Below are positions 39,501-48,500 of a DNA stretch of 64,000 nt, piece after piece. The position numbers and the translations under genes are program-made. Where the stretch lies: contig JBGTAI010000146.1 in NCBI GenBank assembly GCA_041749955.1, positions 7,751-71,750 of the forward strand. Direction: 5' to 3'. The DNA is from Pirellulaceae bacterium (GTDB lineage Bacteria; Planctomycetota; Planctomycetia; Pirellulales; Pirellulaceae). The notes under the pieces were generated by a model. The model did not search any database. It saw only the letters and a list, made by a program, of their open reading frames with translations, and was not told where the DNA came from. Positions within the stretch are counted from its first letter, which is position 1. Each line of letters starts with the position of its first letter.

Positions 39501-42500
39501 AGCGATGTTCCCGCCAGAATCAAGTTCTGTACCGTCAGCTTCGAGGAAGTAGTTGAAATACAACACAGGTTCATCGGCGGCTGCAAAACCCTCTAGACTG
39601 AACGCATTGCTTTGAACCACTCCCTTTGCCCCACCGGGGAAGTTGTAATGGTCTTCGACCAATGTCCCGTCAACTCGTGGATTTGATACAACTCCGTTGC
39701 CCGTGAAATTAACGGGTTGCTCTGCTGAACTTGGGTAGTTTCCAAAAAACGCATTCGCTTCATAGGTAAATGCCAAACTGGAGCCGCCGAGAACCGTCGT
39801 GGTCGAACCATCAGCAGCAACGCCTCGAGATCCCGTTCCCGTAGCATTAATACCGTGACCAGGGTCGGCACCACGTTGCCCCGTAACATGGAACAAGTTG
39901 TAGCTAAGCGTGCTAAAGTCCAAACCTCGAGCACCACCAATTCCTGTTGAGATCATTGAGCGACCACCAGCAAAAATGGGCTGCAATTCACCCGCAGTGT
40001 TAAACGCGTAGATGTCGCCATTAGCAGTCATGCCAAACAGTGTTTCTCGAAGTTCACCGTCGTTGTAGCTGACCGGCCCAGATCGCAAACTTGTGAAGTT
40101 GAGACCAATTAGGTCCGTTGCTGTACGAACGTAAGTTCCAACCGAACCATCACGGACCGTTCGCAGCTCGCCTGCGGATACGCGGAACAAATCACCTGTA
40201 TTGGTAATCGCATAAAGCGAAGTCACTCCGTTTTCGGTCACCAACTCGGCACCGGTCACCGTTCCACCCACTGCACCACCGGACGGTATGCCGCCAGCGA
40301 CAAGTGAATTATTTGGCGAAAAGACATTGCTGATGAAGCCACCAACAATACTCAACGACTTTCCGCTTGGCTCAACATTGGCTGATAATGTGCCACCACC
40401 GTTCGCTTCGATCGCAGCTGCCATTCTCGCAGCAACAACGGCTTCAGTGTCACCAGGGAAAATCAGAATTTCGATGCTACCAGGGTTTGCAAGACCGGCC
40501 TGGCCGGTAACGCTCAAGCCACCACCAACTGCGGGATTAACCACAACGGTTTGTGAACTCGGAAGAGCTAGTTGATTGCCATCCGAAACTACCGATATCC
40601 CTTGACTGCGAATCGCGGCGGCGAGTCGACTAACCAACAGTTCGGCGCTAATTGTTTCCGAAACATTCACACCCACCGCGCCAGGAGTGGTTATTTGATT
40701 GTCGCCTAACGTCGAGATGCCAGCACCAGTAACTGTCAACTGTGGAGTAACGGGTCCCGTGAACACAACCTGATCAAGAACAGATCTCGCATTAATTCCG
40801 GTCATGAGCAAATTGATATTCGCGGCTAGCGAGGCAGCGACTTGGTCCCCTGTAAGCGGCTGACCAACATTGTTGAGCGTCTGAATCGCCACATTGCCCA
40901 AACGAGCCGTACCCGTCCGAACAAACTCGAACGTTTGAACTTGCCCGTCGAGCCCGACAACCCGAACCGTCGAACCCTCGGTCAGCGTTCCAACCGGCTG
41001 TGCGGGGGACAACTGCAAACGCTCGCCCGTGTTGAATTCAAAGACCGTGTTGTCGATCGTCACGGTTTGTCCGTCGAGAATCGGATTGAGACCATCCGCA
41101 GTTAACGTTAGCCCCGAATTGAATTCGAATGTAACCGAGTTGTTGTTATTGTCGGTAAGGGTAAAGCTGTCCTCGTCGGAGAGACCGGCAACGCGTTGGC
41201 CAGCAGCGTTTGTGACCGTAGGAGCCTTAATACCCAACTGAGTACTTAAAGTCTGTTGAGTGCCTGTGAAAATCTGGCCGACTTCTTGAACACTTGTGCC
41301 AGCACCATTGAGCCGAGTGAGAAATACGTTTTGCGGGCCGTTTGCTATGCCCGACTGGGGAACAAACTGATAAAGAATGTTCGTTGTGTACTGCGATCCT
41401 GCGTTACTGTTAATTAGATCGAATGGTCGATTGGCGACAAAGAACCCGCGTTCAATTCCATCAAATGCTGCGATCGTTGTCGCTTCGACGTCGAGTCCCG
41501 TATTGCCAACTCCGACCGTAAACACGTTGTTCACCGCGTCGAAAACCGCACTAAACGTATTGATATTCGCACCGGTGCTGAGCGGTGCACTGAGTGCTGC
41601 CGTACCGGTATCAATCTGGTAGTAGAACCAGTTATTGTCCGAACGCTGACGATTCCCGAAACCGCTGTACGAGAACAACTCACCATTGCTTCGGAAAGCA
41701 ATTTCCTCAATCTCTTCTCCGTTAGAGAACGTCCCTACCGAGCCATAGTTCTCTCCCGTGAATGGGTTCACGATGAACAGACTCGATCCAGTGTTCACGT
41801 ACAACAATTGATCATCGAAGCTGTATGGGATGATCGAGTTGTCATCGAACAGTAACGGAATCGTCGGGTCACTCGCCGTGCCACCGCCAGACGAACCAAT
41901 TCGGTCTTCAGCAATTCTTCGAACCGAGTCAATCGGTTCCAAACGCAACAGCGGGTTCAGCGATCCAGCATTGAAGAACTGGTCAAGCGGCAATGGCACC
42001 TGCTGTTGGTTGGCGACAGCGACGAAATAGGTACCTTCTCTTAATTCAGCAGCACCAATATAAGGATCTTGAGTACCGGCACTACCGCGAGACAAATCAG
42101 TCGAATCATTGCTGCCGGCTTGACCGGATTGGTCATCAGCCACATTGCTGTCGCCTCCAACGAGTACCAACTGGCCAGCTTCGTTGAACACATACAACGC
42201 CATGTCAGCACGAGCGAAGTTATCTGCATAGTCAAGGTCAAAAACCGTTGACAAATACAAGGCCGCGTTATCCCGTGTGATGTTGTCATACGAAATCGTG
42301 AATCGGTACCAATCGACGTCCGTTAGCGAATTGAGTGAGCCAGCGAAAGATTTGGCCAGTTGATCGCTTTGAAGTGGCCCCACGGCAATCGCATTCGCGT
42401 CATTCGCAACACCAAAGAAGCCTAATGGTTGCGCAGTAGCGAGTGAATCGTTCGGTGCAGCAGTCTCATAGTCTTCGCCCAATAACGGCGAATGTAGCGG

Positions 42501-45500
42501 TTGGCCAATCACCTGGATGCCATTTACCGCGTAGCGAATATCGCTCAAACGCACTTGCGTGCCCGGCGACTCGTCGGCTTCCTGCAACCGGATCTGCAAC
42601 TCGTACCTTCCAGATGTCAAACCGTCGCGGACTCGGCTCGCATCGACAATTGCACCAAAATTGGTCGAATTCGTCGTATTACTGCTACGCACACGAACGT
42701 GATAGATATTGCGAGTGCCCGCTTCCCCTGGCAACACGATACGCATACCAGCGTCTTTCGCGTTCGATGAATAGGCGTCCTGCAGTTGCGAAGTAAACGT
42801 GATCGCCGCTACCGTTGGATTCGGAATTGTAATTCCGAGAACACCAGTCGAATCGACACGCACTAACGGAGCTTGCCGACCGACAAAGAAGTCTGCGTCA
42901 AACCGCAACTCAATTACAAAGTCATCGCCCGCACGCAGTACCACTGCTGAATTATTGGGATCCGTCACGCGTGCGTCGCGACGTTGTAGCGTCGCAGTAA
43001 CAGGACCAAGTTCGGCTCCGAATTGAGTCTCGAGTGCTGTCTCAATCGCCAGAGCAGGATCCGCCAAGAAGGTATCCACTCCGATGGTTATCGTATCCAA
43101 AGACCCAGCGATCGAAAGGGTCAGAACTCCGCCCGTTGAATCAACGATCGTCTCGTTAATTGTGATGCGTTGCCCTTGAAGCCGCTCCGCGACAACCGAT
43201 AGCGGTTGCGCAATGTCAACATCGACACCTGCAACTGCGGGGAAGTTTGCATTCGGATAAAGTCCCAACGAACTCGATTCACCAGCAAGTGAATCGTTGG
43301 ACGCAGCGAGAACGCGACCGTTCACATCGATCAACTCAACAATTGAATCCAATCGATTGCTCGTGCGGTCGATGTCCAACCACACTTCCGTACCGCTTTC
43401 GCCGATGAACGAATAAACGTCAATGTCATCATTGGTCGCGATCACGCCATCGACAATGAAACCAAGACGACGGTTCTCGTCACCGCTCTGCTGGTTTGGT
43501 GCAAGTTCGCCTAAGAACTCAGATTGAGTCGGAATCGAGTTTGTATCAACGACACTCGTACGAGTCGGCTCCTGCTCAGTAAACGCAGCAACATTACGAT
43601 CGTCGGCGCCTTCGCGAATCGTGACACCGTTCCAATTGCCACCCGTCACCGAATTTGGGACCGTTCCAAAAGTCTCAGCGATTACCTCCAAATTCGTAGT
43701 GATCGTTGCCGACGTTGCGGTAGGATCAATCAGCCAAGCCAATGCAGACGTTAGAATACCAGGACCGTAATTAGGGTTGGGAAACCTAGCGTCATTCAGC
43801 AGCGGGACACCAGCAGCGATGGTTCCATTCGGGACAAACGGCAGATTAAACACCGGCGGCGTAATGAGCTGGGGGAAATCATCCGCAATCCAACCTTCAT
43901 AGGATGCACCATTCAGCCCTGGGCCACCTGTAAACGCACCATACTGGCGGAAGCCGATTTCTTCTGGCCCATCCAAAACTGTTATTCGGAAATCATCAGC
44001 TCCAGGTGTACCCTCCGTGAAAAGGATGTCACCCGAGTCCGTTCCAATGATAGGATCGTAGTAGTTGATAAAGCGTAAGTTACCGAGCGGCTGATCGCTG
44101 CTAAAGGTGACCTCCGAGACTAAATCTGGTCGTCCGTCTTGGAAAGACTGTGTCATCACCCAATTGATTGTGCCGTTTGCTCCCGCGAAGGAACCTGTGC
44201 TGACAACACGGTCGTCGGACACAAGTGTCGGCTGTTGCAAAATCGTTGTTGTGTCCAATCCTACTGCAGCGCCGTCTGCACCAACATCAATAAAGAACCC
44301 ATAATCAAACAACGAAGTTTGGTTCGTGAAGAGTTGTGTCAATCCTTGAACGGTTGTCGTGGCTTGCTGGAGAACACCACCAGGTCCGGGTGAAAAAGAG
44401 AATGAGCCTGCAATCAGTGGATCAACGTCGTTATCAATCAAGGTACCGTTGTTAACTTCTGGTCCGATCGGAAACAATGGACCTTGGCTGCCCGCAAGAT
44501 CGCCACCAACAATTCCGTCATTGTTCGTGTCCAGCTGAGGACGGCCATCGAGTGTAAATCCAGCTCCCGCAAAATCGTCTGCAAGCGTAGTGAGGACAAC
44601 AGGAAAATCGGGGTGACCGATAATCTGAAGTGAGCCGCCAATTCGGTCGGCGATGTCGCGGAATTGATCACCGGCACCCAACAGCGAACCACCAACAACG
44701 ATACCTGCGGTTTCACCTGGTGCATTTTCAAATTTGACAACCAAACTTCCGCGACCGTCGCTTCGGAGTCGCAACCCTCCGTACACGAACTGATTCGGAA
44801 TTTCGATCGACTCGGTGACCACGTGGACAATATCCACATCGTCCCAAACGCCCGCCGTCGCGAGTTGGCCACCGCGAACTTGTAATCCGTTGATGCCATT
44901 GTTGGTGAGCGAGTTACCCAAAATGAATGGGCCGGAGTTTCCAAACACGTCGGTTCGATCGATCAGCCCGGTTGAGCGTCCTGGATCAGTCACTTCAACC
45001 GATGAGAGTGAGTTCACATCGAAGGACAATGCTGGGCCAACTCCGCCAATGAAGTTGTTGTCGATCACGACTGGCGTCGACGCACGAACAAACACGGTTC
45101 CGGAAGCGTTATCACCACGGCCTACACGAGTATCGTTGGTGGCCCCTCGGCCATCCGCATTAAATTCGAGCCTGCTATTGGCAATACGAAGCGTGCCTTG
45201 GTGCAATTCAACCGCGTTAAATGACGCGAAGCCGCCTTCGATACGAGTCGTTCCACCACCGCCAGCCACGACGACATTGTCTAGGCTTGCTGCCGAACCG
45301 ACACCAATGTAGATGCCGCCCCAATCACCACGGAGATCTTCGGGTGCGGGAGCTGCTTCAACACCGACATTATTGGTGTCGAATGTTCCGCCGCCACCGT
45401 AGCGTTGATCTTCGAGACTGGTGAAAATAATCGGATTTGACGGTGAACCTTCGGCGAGCAAATTAGCTCCGAAACGAGCCTCAATCCGAGCACCGTCAAT

Positions 45501-48500
45501 TTTCAAAACAGTGCCTGGATCAATCGTCAAACTGGAGTCGAGTCGACTTCGGAGCGAAGCGCCTGTGCTTGAAAGCGGTGTGGTTCCAACAGCGAGTCGA
45601 TCGACAAAACTCGTGCTACTCGCATTAAGCTGAGCGACCAACAGGAATTGGCCGGGCAAACCATTGGTATCAACAGTCGCTCGATACAATCTTCGCGATA
45701 CGAATCCACTACCCGACGCTGGAGTAGGCAACTGAGAAAGTTGAACTCCTCCAACCGTAGTCAACGTGACTGGCAAAGTGGCCTGACTCGACGCAGATTC
45801 GATACCTGATCCATCAACGTTGGTGATGCGGTAGACGTATGTGCCGACAGGAACACTTCCAGCCGTTGTCACGGCTGAACGAACGAGCAAAGACGATGGC
45901 GCGGAGGATTGGATGATCGGTCCACCAGGCGTACCGTCAATGACCAAATTTTCAGTCAATATGTGCGGAATGTCAGTATCGTCAAACCGTGCCGTCGTGC
46001 CGATCGTTTCGAGTTGATTACCAGTTCGGGTGAGCACGCGAATGAACAAACCATTCAGGCTATTATCAATGACGGTATTGCCGTGAATTTCAGGACCGAC
46101 ACGGTCATAATCTGGAGTGAACGCGCCGCCCGCTTGGAAATTGGCTTCTGTGAATCGTGTTTCTGCGAACGTGTCTGGCGAAGCAGACATTGCGGCGTCC
46201 GCACTCAACGAGATTTGTGAGTTGATAATCGTTGGGCGTGTGACGGCCATGTCAATTGGCGAGATAGGAACCTGGCGTCCACCAATCGAAACCGCACCGC
46301 CACCGTAACGCATATCAGCGAACTGGATGTGGTTGAGGAAGACGCCTTCGTCTTCGCGGTTGCGTCGAAGCTCATCGGCAGTATCCAAGTCACCGCGGAA
46401 ATCGATCCCGCCCCAGTCACCAGGCTGCGGCGTCGGAGTGAAGGCTGGTGCGTTGCCAATACCAACCGTGCGATCATTGACACTTGTAAAAATAACGCTT
46501 CCGGGGATAAGTGCATTCGTAGCGTCACGAGCTGGCAAACCCGTTGAAGTAATAATCGTAGGTGTACCAAGCACTTGCAGCGCACTGTCGCTGTGATCCA
46601 CCAATGGTGACGTGCTTCCCACGCCCAGCCGAGCCCGGCTAAATTTCAAAATGGCGCCGGAGTCGATCACCATTCGAACGCCCTGAGGCAAGTCGATCGT
46701 CGAACCATCTTCCAACGGAAGGCCGTTATTAGCGAATCCGATGTTATAGGCGAGGTTGTCGACTAAGGTTTCGATACGATTGTCTGCCCCACCATTTCCA
46801 ACCACACGAATCGTATCACCAGGCCGCGCTGCGGCGATCGCTAAATCGATTTCACGATAGGGATTGGCGACCGTACCGATTTGTCCGCTGGACACAGCGC
46901 TCGCAGCCTTATCGACATAGAGCGTATTGTTTGCATCTGCAGGCACGAACCAAAAATCAAAGACACCGCCGGGGCGTCCGTCACCATCACCGTCCAATGC
47001 AACGCCCGTCGTGTCACGCAATACATTTCCGACGCTGGGGCGGAAATCCAATCGCAACTCATATTCACCTTCGCTGCGACCACCGAAGCCAGTACCGCTA
47101 ATCGACGGATCATAGCTTGTGTTGCCTTTCGCGCTGACACCGACGACATAGGTGCCTGCTTCAACCTGAACGTCAATCAATGAGTCATTGCTGAAATAGT
47201 CATCGTTGATCGCCAGTTCAGTGCTGCTTCCATCAGCATTCAAGCGATAGAGCCGTAGCGTTGTATCAAGCAAGCTCGGCGCACCAAGTCGCTCAGCAAT
47301 CGTTTCAATCGCCAACCGCCCCGAGGAATCCAGCGTGAACTTATAAAGGTCCACGTCGATGCTATCAGGTCGGAACAGATATTGGCCATTAACAATATCG
47401 GCAGCACTCGGGTACGACGGTTCACTTTCCGTTCCAGGAGTAAAGATGAACGCAGTGCTTTGCGTAACCGGCTGGGTCAAATCATCTGCATATCCGTAGC
47501 CGAGCAACTGGCCCACGACAAACATGGCTCCGCGAAAGAACTCGCCACCGAATTGGTCATCAATCGACTCATCAAAATCTTGGAAGTCCAAAACACCCAA
47601 ATCTTGAACTCCGTCGCCATCGCGGTCACGAAGCGCAACAGCAATGTTATTGGGATCGTTCGGATTGTTGGGGTTGAACGGCCCACTATTAACAGCAGTC
47701 TCACCTGCTTCGACGGTTCCGTACAAATCGCCCACCGCGATTGAGAAGAAGGCATCGCTTGTGAACTCACCTTCGACTTCAACAAATTGCACACCGAGGT
47801 ACTCGCTGTACAGTTGCAACACTTCTCGCACACGCTGGCGTTGCTGCTGGCTAATGACGTTAAAATAAGTCGTGTCAGCAATCACGCCAGGACGACTCGG
47901 GTCATCTCCAAGCCATGAAGACGCAAAGTTGTATTGAATAACCGAAATGCCATCGATCACATCCGCGCCACCACGCACGTAGTCCAACGGCACCGTCCGA
48001 GTGAGTCGCGATGGATCGTCGGGGCGGATGTTGCGAGTACCAGCCAAATCAGGCCCCGGAAGGTCCAATCCAAATGGCGTCGGATTAAAAATCTCACTGC
48101 TCAGTCTCGCAGACTGAGTCGCCGAGGCACCAATGTTCCACTGCGTATTGAGATCAAATGCGGTACTGAAACTGTCACCAGGCTCAATTGGGTTACTTGG
48201 GTTCGCGTTCAGATTTACCAACGTCGGCGGGGCAGGCAAGTTCTCGGTTGTACCGACTCTCAAACGTGCCGAACCCGTCAAGAATTGCCCCGGTGCGTTC
48301 GGGTTTGGAATTCGCGAAAGCGGGCGACCAAAGTCGAGAGTCGCCACATTGGTGATGCTGTTGTAAGTAACGCTCGTCGGTCTCAAACCGGGTGTATTCA
48401 GACGAGTAAAGTCGTCAAGATTTGTCGCCGTGTCGTTCGTCATAATCAGCTGATAGAAATCAGGATTCTGAGCTAACGTGGGATCCAAATCGTCGTCGTT

